In this document: in pieces, positions 29,796 through 40,124 of the stretch
Position numbering within the stretch: the first letter of the stretch is position 1
Layout of the letters: each line of letters starts with the position of its first letter
Source: a plasmid
Length of the DNA stretch: 64,000 nt
Assembly (NCBI RefSeq): GCF_054482525.1
Contig: NZ_JBTHVG010000003.1
Reading direction: 5' to 3' (one strand)
Program-made: the position numbers and the translations under genes
The notes under the pieces: generated by a model
Databases searched by the model: none
Seen by the model: the letters and a program-made list of their open reading frames with translations, nothing else
What the model was told of the DNA's origin: nothing

Positions 29796-32180
29796 TTATA
29801 CGACCTGCCTGACCATCCTCATCAGAAGGCGGTTTAACAGTCCTTTCGCTGTCGGGCGATTGCTATCGACATAGTAAAAACCTGTTTTGGTCGTACCGTG
29901 AGCACTGCTCAGCACCCTCAGTTCCCAGATAACGTCACGGATAACGCCGCCATTTTCTGGCTTAAGGCATTCAGATAAATGGCGCATGAAACGAGCTCTT
30001 ACGGCACGGTAATAGCGGAACTCCTCTGGCTGGTTAGTATTTTCTTTCACCCGGAGTCGCTGGTTACACAGAGTTAGAACTGCATCCATCATTCCCGCCT
30101 TCAGCTTCGCCTGGATCGCACCTTGTTGCTGTTCCCTCTCACCTTCGAGTAACGTTAAGATTCTTTCTCCGAGTGCCGTCTTGTTGTGTACGTGCAACTG
30201 TACACAGGCAGCTACGCATGCCCAGAATCTGAACTTTTTTATCTGTCCACGCAATTTCCGGGCTACAACCTGACGGTATGCAGTATCGCTGAGTATTTTA
30301 AAACGCCGACTGGCAACCAGCTCTGGAAGCGACACTCTTTCGCCTATCCCCAGGCGGGAAAAGGTTTGTCCCCGTTGTGCGAGACGATGATAGACAGCGC
30401 CCTTCCCTTTTGAAATTCGGACCGCGCCATAACGAAGAAGATACTGAGCAGCAGTCGTTGGAGTAAACTCACCGTCAGCGATGCTCTGGCGTAACCCGTC
30501 GTATTCATGCCAGATAATCCAGGACGCCGTATCTTCTTCAACAGTCAGCTCATCCTCTTCCTCGAATGCCACGACGACAGAACTGCTCTCTCCGGTCTTT
30601 AGGCTACGTGAAGCCCTGGGGTCAGCCTGCCCGTCAAAATAGGTCATCAGCGGCAACGTATCAGTCAGTCCATCATAAGCTGTACCGAACCGGCCTCCGG
30701 GCAGTTTCATCCAGAGTGGAGCTGGCATTGGTGTACGGGCCACAGGCAGCATGTCAGGCTCATCCTCAAGAAGGTCCAGATCGGCCTCTTCCCAGACTCT
30801 GCGATAGATCTCAATTGCCCGAAACGGGCGAGGGTTGAAACAGTGCAACGACCAGAGGAAATCAACGTGGATCACGTTTGCTTCATGTACAAGCCGAAAT
30901 TGTGGCTCAGCCATACGACGGTTATAAGCCGTATCGTCCACCTCGCCGGAAAGTAGCTTTCTGCGATGCTTTGCCGCACGTCTGGCTTCAACATAATCAA
31001 GGCTGCAACAGACATGAAAAAGACGTTCAGTCAGGGACGAAGAAAAGATATTGGGTTGAAGACGCACATACCCGCCTTCGAACACTTTACGACCGATATA
31101 ATCCCGCAGGCTCCAGTCGTACTGGATCTTAGAAAGAAATCGCTGAAGACGACTTAGGCCTGCCTGATAACCATATTTCTCAGGGTCAGTGCGAAGGAGC
31201 GTTTCCATTGAATGGTCAACCCCTACGGCTGTGCAAAGCGAGCACCCATATCTAGCCCCACAAGCTGAGGTTCGCGTGGGTTTCTCCGGCGACCAGATAC
31301 ACTCTCCGGTGGCGTCTTTATAAAGCGTTGCCAGGCTGAAGTTATCCGGCATAAAGCTTGGTAAAGGGAAGCGGGATTCGGAACCACAGGCCATTAGAAA
31401 AGACCAGATGTCCTGAGTGCGCCACTCCTTTACTGGATAGAGTTCACCACCGTGCTCAGTCAGGGTTACTTTCCTCGCCTGCCCTCCCATTTTGAGGATA
31501 TTTCCGGCCCTTCGGGCACTTTCATCATCCCTGGAGCCCAGCATCAGGCATACCCTGCTTCGTACGGATGCCGGGGCGTTTTTTAGATAACGAGCTTTGG
31601 CCTTGCGCAGGGGGGCGATTTTGTAGTCGGTTGAGCACTGACGGGTTGAAGAATTAGTCCAGGTCGGAAGTCCACGTCCAGTCAGAATGCGGCCTACCCA
31701 GCTCTGCGTAAGAGACGGTTGGGCGACAAGGACTGTGACCGGTAGCTGGTGTTCAGCAATGAACATTCTAAGCTGGTTGAGAACCTGTGAAGCCTGATAG
31801 TGCATCTCAGGGTTTTCGATCAGCGTATCGGACATCTGAATGAAATGATGTTCGCTGATATTTGTGCCGTTACGTACTGCCCTGATCAATGCCATCAGAA
31901 ATAGGTGAAGAAGAGAATGGGAGTCTTTACCGCCACTGTATCCCACGCACATCGTCCATCCGTCCGTAATAGCCTGATAAATAGCAGATGTGGCTGACGT
32001 GACCAGAGAAGAAAGACTCACAGTCTCCTTTTCATCGGTATAGTTCAGATCGGCATCGGTTGTCAGGGTCTCCCAAACATCAGCCCATTTATCATGTTTC
32101 AAAATGGCAGCATTAGCCGCCTCAGGAAAAATAACTTCTGAGGGTAATTCAAGGAATGAGTCACTTTTTTCAATAAACAT
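29796..32180 (-). CDS. PP-loop ATP-pyrophosphatase (PAPS-reductase/DndC-like) domain protein with ~450-aa C-terminal extension
   Basis: PP-loop motif VGYSGGKDSHSLLHL; Cys cluster ACGARYGCSLCT; 794 aa; no dndA/B/D/E-like partners seen nearby. Confidence 0.55.
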   Translation of the reverse strand: MFIEKSDSFLELPSEVIFPEAANAAILKHDKWADVWETLTTDADLNYTDEKETVSLSSLVTSATSAIYQAITDGWTMCVGYSGGKDSHSLLHLFLMALIRAVRNGTNISEHHFIQMSDTLIENPEMHYQASQVLNQLRMFIAEHQLPVTVLVAQPSLTQSWVGRILTGRGLPTWTNSSTRQCSTDYKIAPLRKAKARYLKNAPASVRSRVCLMLGSRDDESARRAGNILKMGGQARKVTLTEHGGELYPVKEWRTQDIWSFLMACGSESRFPLPSFMPDNFSLATLYKDATGECIWSPEKPTRTSACGARYGCSLCTAVGVDHSMETLLRTDPEKYGYQAGLSRLQRFLSKIQYDWSLRDYIGRKVFEGGYVRLQPNIFSSSLTERLFHVCCSLDYVEARRAAKHRRKLLSGEVDDTAYNRRMAEPQFRLVHEANVIHVDFLWSLHCFNPRPFRAIEIYRRVWEEADLDLLEDEPDMLPVARTPMPAPLWMKLPGGRFGTAYDGLTDTLPLMTYFDGQADPRASRSLKTGESSSVVVAFEEEDELTVEEDTASWIIWHEYDGLRQSIADGEFTPTTAAQYLLRYGAVRISKGKGAVYHRLAQRGQTFSRLGIGERVSLPELVASRRFKILSDTAYRQVVARKLRGQIKKFRFWACVAACVQLHVHNKTALGERILTLLEGEREQQQGAIQAKLKAGMMDAVLTLCNQRLRVKENTNQPEEFRYYRAVRARFMRHLSECLKPENGGVIRDVIWELRVLSSAHGTTKTGFYYVDSNRPTAKGLLNRLLMRMVRQVV

Positions 32181-32352
32181 ATATTTTCCTGAACCACGGC
32201 ATATGCTGCATCACTGATATTTTTATTAGAACTTTAAAATAACTACAGCGCAACCATTTAGCGAAATTATATTAAATCAAAATCACGCAAATTTAATTCT
32301 TAAATAGATTTAAAATAAAAACCCATTGTAATTTAATCTCCCAGCACAGCTA

Positions 32353-32802
32353 TTAGATATAGGTTGGTGGTGTAATAAAAGCCGTGACATTTGTTTTCAA
32401 CTCAGACAGCGGAATTGAAGGAGTGTTAAGAGTCATGTCATCACCACAATGGCGTGGTAGAGCAGAAAGCTGAAATGAATCTTTCATCACCCTAATAACC
32501 GGGCATTCCGTACGTGCTGATGGCATTACTTCCCGCAGCATCGCTTCCTGCCTTGTGCTATCGCTATGCTTATATTCATCCTGGTCTGTTATTTCTTGAA
32601 TTTCATCTTCACCACAAAATGACCAGTTAGCGTCATAGAAGTAAAACTCAGTTAACTGAAGATCGTTTTTTTTCACGTATGTCGCCAATTTGCGGATACG
32701 CTGTTCAAGCATTGTATCTATCCGTAAGGAAACACTTTGCGGAACATCACTTGCAAAGTCATTGATGCAAACAACGGTAGATACTATGAATTTATTGGTC
32801 AT
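32353..32802 (-). CDS. Hypothetical protein
   Basis: 149-aa ORF. Confidence 0.45.
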   Translation of the reverse strand: MTNKFIVSTVVCINDFASDVPQSVSLRIDTMLEQRIRKLATYVKKNDLQLTEFYFYDANWSFCGEDEIQEITDQDEYKHSDSTRQEAMLREVMPSARTECPVIRVMKDSFQLSALPRHCGDDMTLNTPSIPLSELKTNVTAFITPPTYI

Positions 32803-32853
32803 GGCAGGCTCCAGGCCACCGGGGGAACCGGTGGCTACGGTTATCAGGCAGGC

Positions 32854-33645
32854 TTATGCGCCGCAAAGGGTGTCAAGGGAAGGAAGAAGCTTGCTCAGCT
32901 TGTCGTAATCGAGCGGAGACAGTTCTGTAACGAGTTCGACCGAAAGACTGGTGTTGTCTTCTTCACTCAGAATATAGATTCCGTCTTCTGGCTCTTTTCC
33001 GGCACATGCCTTCAGTCGTCTGTTAACGACCTCCTGGGCTGAATCCGCTACGTCGCAGCTCAGGACATAGCTTGCCACATAGCTGCTCTCACCGTGGTAA
33101 TGCGTCACTTTACACAGAGCATACTGGATACCGGCTTTGTGAGCCTCATTCATGAGACGAGAAAACTGACAGCCATCCTGGTAATAGTGGGTATCCTTTG
33201 TGACCAGAATAGTCATACCCCCAAATTCATCTGTCCGGCTTTTACTGCATGTAAATGCAGCAGTAATTGTTACCATTTCCGGGAGGTCGAATACCGACAG
33301 CACGGCAGTTGTGAGGCAAATTGCATGGTCAAGATCAATAGTCTCTCCATGAAAAACTGACAGCCCACTGCTGTTAACTTCTGTTGCGAACGACAGTTCA
33401 TAATTACAGTCTGGGCAGGATGGTTGCCCAAAGCTCGGCTCTGAAGGGTCATACTCAGGGTGGTTCTCAATAATACTGAGAATCAGCTTCTCAGTCAGAG
33501 AACAATCTGCCAGTGGCTTATCAATCAAACGCTCACCTTCTGCAATTTCTGCTTCGGTAACGAATGTGATTGCTTCTTGTGCCATTTTAGCCTGCTCCTG
33601 AGTGCAGGGAATAATAAACGACGCCAGAGTATAATTATCTGCCAC
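32854..33645 (-). CDS. Hypothetical protein (GTG start)
   Basis: 263 aa; AAGGAG upstream of GTG; conserved promoter cassette about 65 nt upstream. Confidence 0.5.
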   Translation of the reverse strand: MADNYTLASFIIPCTQEQAKMAQEAITFVTEAEIAEGERLIDKPLADCSLTEKLILSIIENHPEYDPSEPSFGQPSCPDCNYELSFATEVNSSGLSVFHGETIDLDHAICLTTAVLSVFDLPEMVTITAAFTCSKSRTDEFGGMTILVTKDTHYYQDGCQFSRLMNEAHKAGIQYALCKVTHYHGESSYVASYVLSCDVADSAQEVVNRRLKACAGKEPEDGIYILSEEDNTSLSVELVTELSPLDYDKLSKLLPSLDTLCGA

Positions 33646-33686
33646 AGTTGACTCCTTGATTATTTAATTAATGTATTTGATGAGAA

Positions 33687-33726
33687 GATCATAACAAACA
33701 CACTACTACCAACTAATAACCTGAAG
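33687..33726 (-). promoter_or_regulatory. Conserved promoter cassette
   Basis: TCAGGTTATTAGTT then TATGAT upstream of the GTG at 33645. Confidence 0.45.
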
Positions 33727-33871
33727 TCGTTTTTTTAGAAAAAATATTAAGAAGAATATGAACACCACCTCATCTTAAATTAATATTGTTCAGGATTAAT
33801 ATTCATTTTTGCAAATAAAAACCGCCAGACGGCGGCTTTTATAAAGAGGGAAATATCATTGGAAGCTGAAA

Positions 33872-34129
33872 TTACTTCACGGCAGGCCGACAAATTACGC
33901 GACTGCTGTGAGCTGAAGCGAAACTTGTAGAGGAAACTATAATCACCTTTTCTAAGTCGTCGGCACTGTCGGCAATATGATGCCGAAAAGCCTCCTCTGC
34001 ATCACCAGGGGAATCGGCTTCGACCGGGTAGGCCTGATCATCATCATCAAACATAATGCGCCCGGAAATGAGATAAAGTCGGCTCAAATCTGGCGTCGCT
34101 GCGCTCGTGCTTCGTTCGTTCAGATTCAT
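33872..34129 (-). CDS. Small acidic hypothetical protein
   Basis: 85 aa, Asp-rich (FDDDDQ). Confidence 0.35.
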   Translation of the reverse strand: MNLNERSTSAATPDLSRLYLISGRIMFDDDDQAYPVEADSPGDAEEAFRHHIADSADDLEKVIIVSSTSFASAHSSRVICRPAVK

Positions 34130-34194
34130 TTTTTCTCCGTCTGTTGCTCGTAAAAAGAATGACGCCGGTTTAAAAGGCGTCGCCAGGGTTCAGG

Positions 34195-34521
34195 CTAAAA
34201 CGCAGGGTTGCCATCGAGGAAGCTCATTGGCTGGCCAATAGCGGATGCCACCCTGAGAATTTCACCTGGTGTGGCATAGCGCAGCATTTCTGAGCGTCCA
34301 AATTTCTGATACTCATCTACTGACATCTTTCTCCACTCGGGGTGAGGATCTTTTCCGCACAGTGACCAGTTGCTTTCAGAGGAATCACGACGGAGAACGT
34401 ACACATCAAGCGAGGCTGTAAGCCCGCTTCCATATCCCCGCTGCGCTACAATACGAACCTGAGAACCATCGTCGCGTTGCAACGTCTGGGTTAATTTCGT
34501 GATAGGATCCTGAGAATGCAT
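34195..34521 (-). CDS. Hypothetical protein
   Basis: 108 aa; variant promoter cassette upstream. Confidence 0.45.
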   Translation of the reverse strand: MHSQDPITKLTQTLQRDDGSQVRIVAQRGYGSGLTASLDVYVLRRDSSESNWSLCGKDPHPEWRKMSVDEYQKFGRSEMLRYATPGEILRVASAIGQPMSFLDGNPAF

Positions 34522-34558
34522 GCCATTTACCTCGTTTTTAAAAGAATTACCGTAAGTA

Positions 34559-34598
34559 AATGATACCGAATCGAGAATTCTGGCTAATAGGTCAGAAG
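34559..34598 (-). promoter_or_regulatory. Conserved promoter cassette (variant)
   Basis: GACCTATTAGCC then TATCAT upstream of the start at 34521. Confidence 0.35.
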
Positions 34599-34727
34599 AA
34601 AAAATATTGCATATTTTTGAAGTGTAGGATAATGATTAGAATAAAATGGCCTGAATAAATCGTTAGCTTTAACTCTGCTTATTTCAGAAAAACTCTGAAT
34701 TAGTAGTGATGGAAAACGACGCGGTGA

Positions 34728-34738
34728 AAAGTAACTTT
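34728..34738. promoter_or_regulatory. Palindrome copy
   Basis: AAAAGTAACTTTT, about 205 nt upstream of the gene starting at 34521. Confidence 0.5.
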
Positions 34739-35363
34739 TACACCGCAATTCAGAAAAAAGTTTCAGTTAGTCACATTACGAATAACCCGGCTTACTTTCG
34801 CATGTGCGTTCCCCTGCATGTTAAAGTAAAGCCCTCCGGGCAGACTCGTCGCCCACTTAACGCCTCGCTCAGCCATACGCTTCGGTGTTTCCAGCCAACC
34901 ACGAGGAATATTGCCCGGAACGTTACCGATAACCCGTCAAATGCATGCTGCTACCCGGATGCCGCCGGGAATATCGCATTTGGATTCAACAATATGCATG
35001 ACCTCAGATAAAGCACCATGCCGCTGGACATGATCGCCAATGTGCAACTCGATAGGAGAAGCCATTTCTGAATCTGACTTCATATCTGTCCACCTTTAAT
35101 TTAGAAACCGTCTAAATTACCAAATTAGTTAATCCAACAACATCTGTATCACAACCATCAATTTGTTTTTGTTGGGTCTATATCGTAGAAACAAGTGAAT
35201 AATGAATACACTCGTTAATACAGACAACCGGAAATGAATGACTACCTGATTATCTCAGCGGTATATGCTAAGCCGTTAATATTGCCATTCTCTGGTGGAA
35301 CCACTGCTAAATGAATAAACCGTTTGTCGCTTCAAACCACTTTATCAAAACCGTTAACTTGCA

Positions 35364-36614
35364 TTAAGTCCGATACAGTTCGGCGAGCTCATCCAGCATG
35401 GGGTTACTCTTATATCCCGGTGCGGCCGTAAAAAGGTTTCGGGAAATCGCCAGCCACTCCATGATTTTGTCCGTCGCCAGCCAACGTCTGCCAAGTCGCT
35501 CGGCTGCGATGGGGACTTTATGCAAGCCAGCGAAGGGATCTACAACAAGATCTCCCGGCTCTGTCAAAAACTCAATCAGAAACGCTGCAAGCCTGGTAGG
35601 AGACGTTGCACCGTGCAGCGGAAAACCGAGCTCGCGGGCAATGGAATGGCAAAATCTCGTATCAGCGCAGCTATTGCCGTAAAACAAAGTATTCTTGGGG
35701 ATCGTTCCTTCTGTTTTATTTCCAAAGGAACCGCTTTTAAGCTGGTACGCCCCATCACCATAAAAGGTCGTGCGATTTTCACCGCCTGCTGCCTGCAATT
35801 TTAGATGCTGGTCTGAATGCGGTTGTAGTACACGTAAGTTGTTTGAACGAACCTTACTCGCATCATTGGTAAACCACAGCACAGGCTCATACGATGAGCA
35901 GAGCTGCACCCGTTGCTTACATGCCCAGTGCGTTGGCGATGGGGGCTTACTGCGATTCACCCACTGAAGCCTGTCCATGAGCTCAAGCCCCAGCTTGTCA
36001 CATAATGCCAGTGTCAGACGCTCCAGATACAGAGAACGTGAAGGCCTACCCCTATTAAAGCTATCTTGAGTGATATTCAATGCCACACTTGCGCCCGGTA
36101 CAAGCTGTTTCACGATCGGTTCGAGGATACGCAGAAGCCAGTCAATATAAGCCTGCTCGCCACGCCCCCCTCCGTGCCCGTAGTCTCTTGAATTTCGAAG
36201 GAGGTAAGGTGGCGAGGTCAGGCAAAGATGAATTTGCTCGGTGATATTGCTGAAGAAGGCATAGGCGTTTCCAAAAACCGATGCCCCAAGAGAAGTTGAG
36301 AAACCGACAACACAGAGCTTTTCCCATGACTCATGCAGGTTTGTTTTCGTCTTAGAGGCGTATCTCCAGACGCCCCGTTTTTCTGGAACGCGTTCGATGA
36401 CCCCGGCCTGACGGAGAGTCTGCTGAAACCAGCGAACCTTATGTTTGACGCCGCTGGTTCTGGTTTTATCTGACCCAAATTCTTTCAGTTCGTGCAATTC
36501 GGCATCCGACATGCCAGTTTTACGCTGCACTTCGCGATAAAGCTCGTCGTTGGTCAACGGCGATTCGGAGGCAGCGTAGATATGCGCAATTAAGTCCGTA
36601 TTAATCGTACTCAT
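35364..36614 (-). CDS. DNA methyltransferase (amino-methyltransferase, N6-adenine or N4-cytosine, beta-class order)
   Basis: Motif IV TSPPY precedes the SAM-binding motif DPFAG near the C-terminus; 416 aa; no adjacent restriction endonuclease recognised. Confidence 0.65.
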   Translation of the reverse strand: MSTINTDLIAHIYAASESPLTNDELYREVQRKTGMSDAELHELKEFGSDKTRTSGVKHKVRWFQQTLRQAGVIERVPEKRGVWRYASKTKTNLHESWEKLCVVGFSTSLGASVFGNAYAFFSNITEQIHLCLTSPPYLLRNSRDYGHGGGRGEQAYIDWLLRILEPIVKQLVPGASVALNITQDSFNRGRPSRSLYLERLTLALCDKLGLELMDRLQWVNRSKPPSPTHWACKQRVQLCSSYEPVLWFTNDASKVRSNNLRVLQPHSDQHLKLQAAGGENRTTFYGDGAYQLKSGSFGNKTEGTIPKNTLFYGNSCADTRFCHSIARELGFPLHGATSPTRLAAFLIEFLTEPGDLVVDPFAGLHKVPIAAERLGRRWLATDKIMEWLAISRNLFTAAPGYKSNPMLDELAELYRT

Positions 36615-36782
36615 CAGCCATCCTAATGGGGATACAGTTATTATATCGGCCTGATGGTTGGAAGTGAGATTACTAAATCAGACCGATCTGGTTTGTTGAA
36701 GACTTTGCCAAATCATGCAGCACAGCTGGGCTTGCACAGAGCGAGCCGGGCTCCTTTAGCGGAGACACCTTCGCAAGTTGGA

Positions 36783-37403
36783 TTAATCAGCCTCAAGATT
36801 CTGGAACTCAATGAGCTTTTGCTCACACTCCTCCCTGCCCCACGATCCCTGCCAGTCACAGATGTCCCGGTACTTACTTTCCAGCTTATCCATCTGTGCG
36901 AGATTAGCTGTTGCGAAGTCTGTCCATATGTCATGCCAGCAAGCGTTGTACGTAACGCCAGCTGGTGGACAATACTCCATTGCATCAGCATTAATAATTT
37001 CAACGCGAAGATCGGTTGCAAACGAGGCTGCAACGAGGTTAATAACATCCTGTTCTTTTTCGATTACCGTGACATGGGTTACATCGTCTTTCTGAAGAAT
37101 GGCGTGGAGCACCATACCAAGACCAAGACCATTAATGAGCACCCGCCCGGTGGCTCGCTCTATAAAATCCTGGCAGGTTCGGATCTCCATCGGGGTATTG
37201 GACATCACCACATCCCAGCCGTTGGACAAGCGGCGATATCTACCGGGCGGGATAAACTCATCTGTATTACCAGTACACTCGGCACGAAGGGCGAGGGTCA
37301 GCGCCTTATCTGTGGTAATTTCGAAAGTGTCCAGTTTCCAAGTTCCGGACTTGCCGTCTTTAACGGGTAAATCAGAAAAGCAGCTCTTCATCGAGGCAAC
37401 CAA
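36783..37403 (-). CDS. Putative class I SAM-dependent methyltransferase
   Basis: Gly-rich loop VLINGLGLGMV followed by an acidic residue (VTVIEKE); 206 aa. Confidence 0.4.
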   Translation of the reverse strand: MVASMKSCFSDLPVKDGKSGTWKLDTFEITTDKALTLALRAECTGNTDEFIPPGRYRRLSNGWDVVMSNTPMEIRTCQDFIERATGRVLINGLGLGMVLHAILQKDDVTHVTVIEKEQDVINLVAASFATDLRVEIINADAMEYCPPAGVTYNACWHDIWTDFATANLAQMDKLESKYRDICDWQGSWGREECEQKLIEFQNLEAD

Positions 37404-37546
37404 AATTCCAGTAGTTTTGTTACGCTGAACCTACCACAAACCCGCTCTTAATGAAGGCATCAGGAGCGATAGCGATCTTTGAGGCATCGTTTAAAACAGC
37501 GGCATCCTGTAACAGACACCCGATATTTTTTTTAATGCCGCAGGTG

Positions 37547-37804
37547 TTAAAGGTAGCGTTGCAAAGTTGCAACATCTTCAGGGGCAACCTCCACGCAGCT
37601 CCTGACACTGTAGTGATTTTCGCCGTTGTAGTCATAAACCCCACCGTCTTCAAAACTCAGCTGTTCAACCTCGCCAGCACACTCGGAAATCAGTGCCGTC
37701 TGGCAAGCATTTTTCTCACAATCGCTGACGAGTATACGAACATAGCTTTTCTCATGGTCGCCGTTACGGTTCTGGATCTTTACGATAAAGTGTTTTTCAG
37801 ACAT
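37547..37804 (-). CDS. Small hypothetical protein
   Basis: 85-aa ORF. Confidence 0.4.
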   Translation of the reverse strand: MSEKHFIVKIQNRNGDHEKSYVRILVSDCEKNACQTALISECAGEVEQLSFEDGGVYDYNGENHYSVRSCVEVAPEDVATLQRYL

Positions 37805-37868
37805 TTGTGCCTCCAGCTCAGGTTGAGGTTAATTTAGCGTTGCCCCGGTTCACCGGGGCAAGAATAAA

Positions 37869-38297
37869 TCAACCCTTAATGAAATTGTGCCCCCAGGTGT
37901 TAGGCTTAAATGCCTGCTCTTTGATATATGTTTTCATTACCTTGCAGGTTTTTTTCAGGGCTTTGGTATTGGCATCGGTTACTGGGATAAAATGGCGAGA
38001 ATGACGGTTTTCCCGGTACTGCTTATCAGCGTTTGGGTCAATTGCTTCGCTTTGCAGGAGCCCTTCGTGCCTGCCAATTACTATTACGTAGTTCATTTCA
38101 CCTGAAACACGATCCGTGAGTAATTGAAGGGAAATATCAGCTGCTCGCGTGGCCTGGCTTGCAGATATTTTTGCATGCAAGAAAGCCCCCTTTCTGAATT
38201 TGGCCGGAGTTAGCCCTGTAATATCCTCAACACTAAAATTAAGTGAGGAAAGAATTGAAAATAAGTCGCAGCTAATGACTTCAGTATTATTAGGCAT
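37869..38297 (-). CDS. Hypothetical protein (size and context compatible with a small anti-restriction protein; unverified)
   Basis: 142 aa; promoter cassette upstream; no motif I can assign with certainty. Confidence 0.4.
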   Translation of the reverse strand: MPNNTEVISCDLFSILSSLNFSVEDITGLTPAKFRKGAFLHAKISASQATRAADISLQLLTDRVSGEMNYVIVIGRHEGLLQSEAIDPNADKQYRENRHSRHFIPVTDANTKALKKTCKVMKTYIKEQAFKPNTWGHNFIKG

Positions 38298-38319
38298 TTT
38301 ACCCGTCCCCGTCCATATT

Positions 38320-38370
38320 CATGATACGGTAATGATACCAGGTCGATATCATTACCTAATAACTTGGTGA
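38320..38370 (-). promoter_or_regulatory. Conserved promoter cassette (variant)
   Basis: AAGTTATTAGGT then TATCAT upstream of the start at 38297. Confidence 0.4.
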
Positions 38371-38391
38371 AAGAAAATCTGTAATTTTTAG

Positions 38392-38769
38392 TTAACTAAA
38401 ATTAATAGTCTCAATACTGCTCAAGAATTCTTTTTTTACGTCCGGTGTAAAAGGTATACGTTCAATGTATTTATAAAGTGTCGCAAATGTTTTGGGTTCA
38501 ATGTTTCGGGAGATAATGTCATCAATCGGATCTTCGAACATATTGATAAAGATATCGACATGCTGCTCTCCGCTTTCTGATGCCTTTGAAAGAAGACTGA
38601 CCACTTCAATGTAGCGATTATCCTGCTCTGCAATGAACAACCAGTGCCCTTCGTTAAAGGCGGGTGCAGCGCTGTAGCGTTTAACAACAATTTCTGAAAG
38701 ATTATATCCTGCCTGATTCAGCAGATTATTAAAGTTGAGTTGAGTTGAAATCACGTCTAACGTTTTCAT
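38392..38769 (-). CDS. Hypothetical protein
   Basis: 125 aa; AGGAGG upstream; promoter cassette with TATAAT -10. Confidence 0.45.
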   Translation of the reverse strand: MKTLDVISTQLNFNNLLNQAGYNLSEIVVKRYSAAPAFNEGHWLFIAEQDNRYIEVVSLLSKASESGEQHVDIFINMFEDPIDDIISRNIEPKTFATLYKYIERIPFTPDVKKEFLSSIETINFS

Positions 38770-38791
38770 AAAACCTCCTTTTCATCTGTAC

Positions 38792-38829
38792 TTATTATAC
38801 TGTTACCCAACCCCCAGCTAATAACCTCC
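38792..38829 (-). promoter_or_regulatory. Conserved promoter cassette
   Basis: GGAGGTTATTAGCT, about 17 nt, TATAAT upstream of the start at 38769. Confidence 0.45.
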
Positions 38830-38939
38830 CAGCAAATTTTCAGAAAAAAAACACCGCCTTTTATTTAAGATTGAACACATCCTTTTTAAATACCAACAAT
38901 GATTATGAAACCACAATGTAAGTGAAGCGCCATTATGGA

Positions 38940-38950
38940 AAAGTAACTTT
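38940..38950. promoter_or_regulatory. Palindrome copy
   Basis: AAAAGTAACTTTT, about 170 nt upstream of the gene starting at 38769. Confidence 0.5.
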
Positions 38951-39176
38951 TGTGCAGCTCATAAATTTTATTTATTAGTTACGTTCCTTTGTCTTGTGGT
39001 CGAAGTTCATCAGGCGAGGCCTAAGAAGAATATGTGTGGTTTCAGCCAATGCGGTGATCGGGCATTATAATTTGGTCGGGCTATTATACGTGGGTAAAGG
39101 TAGTGGTAGGGAGAGGATCAGGTTAAATTGCATTTTCCCGGTTGCCTTCCCTGGCCTACCGGTTTCAGGTCAGACG

Positions 39177-40124
39177 CTAAGACCAGCGGTAATACTTAAA
39201 GTAGTCCTCATTTACAGCCAAAAACTCCCTTAAACCGTTCATTAATCCCTTTTCAAACGCTGTAACGATAAACCGGTATCCGTCCAGTGTTTCAATGTAG
39301 TAGATCCCGCCCGGTGTTATTCCAACATGCAACACCTCGGCTGTCATCATAAACTGGCCTTCCGGAAAATCATGCGACAGGTATATAAAACCCGTCGTGG
39401 CCGGTGCGGGTGTGGCATTCACTAAGACACCGTTAAACTGCTGCCCGTGCCTCGCCGGTACAAGCTCACTTCCCCTGGTTGACTTATCGAGCAGCCCCTT
39501 AACATCTTTTTGCTCTTTAGATGAGGTATAGCCCCGCACATCACTCCCATCACCTGGGCGAGAGCCGGTGCCGACATGTGCAAGACGACGGTAAGCGCTG
39601 CGCATATTGATGTGGCAGGATGCCCCGGCTCTACCCTGAAGCCTTACGCCAAAATCTTCGCAAAGTAATAAAATCTGACGTAGCTGGTGTTCATACACGG
39701 ACGCAGAAAGTGAAAGGTTGAAACTGGAAAAGGTCAGTTCTAAAACCTTTTCCCGTTTGTCATTGAAATGTGCTTCCAGCCTGATGATTGGCTTTTCCGA
39801 CATTGCAAAAGCTTTGTCCGTTGCTCTGTACCGGCATTCATCTCCGAAACATTCTTCAACAACGCTGGCTATAACCGTGTCGTGATCGCCATCTTCCGGA
39901 GCTGGCACAAAGATTTCAAATTGTGCCGGTGTCTCCGGCTCCAGCAGAACGGGATATAAACGCGGAGAATTAAGCAATGCGCATTCAGAATTAATGAGCT
40001 TAACCCAGGCGCTTTTGTCGTCCGGATCCTTAAGCTGCTGTCCAAGGTTATCGCAAAAGTCTACTATCTGACGGGTATGCTCATCCGTGACTGCACAGAT
40101 CAGGTTAAGACCATGCGTGGCCAT
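39177..40124 (-). CDS. Hypothetical protein (about 315 aa from ATG at 40124; the listed ORF extends to a TTG at 40220)
   Basis: Long ORF downstream of the HigB-like gene; start uncertain. Confidence 0.45.
   Translation of the reverse strand: MATHGLNLICAVTDEHTRQIVDFCDNLGQQLKDPDDKSAWVKLINSECALLNSPRLYPVLLEPETPAQFEIFVPAPEDGDHDTVIASVVEECFGDECRYRATDKAFAMSEKPIIRLEAHFNDKREKVLELTFSSFNLSLSASVYEHQLRQILLLCEDFGVRLQGRAGASCHINMRSAYRRLAHVGTGSRPGDGSDVRGYTSSKEQKDVKGLLDKSTRGSELVPARHGQQFNGVLVNATPAPATTGFIYLSHDFPEGQFMMTAEVLHVGITPGGIYYIETLDGYRFIVTAFEKGLMNGLREFLAVNEDYFKYYRWS

Noticed and set aside
35398-35967. Plus-strand ORFs overlapping the methyltransferase gene
   Set aside because: Antisense to a CDS with conserved methyltransferase motifs.
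36654-37428. Plus-strand ORFs (238, 94 and 109 aa) overlapping 36783-37403
   Set aside because: Antisense and Cys- or Ser-rich with no start signals. The minus-strand methyltransferase-like ORF fits the block.
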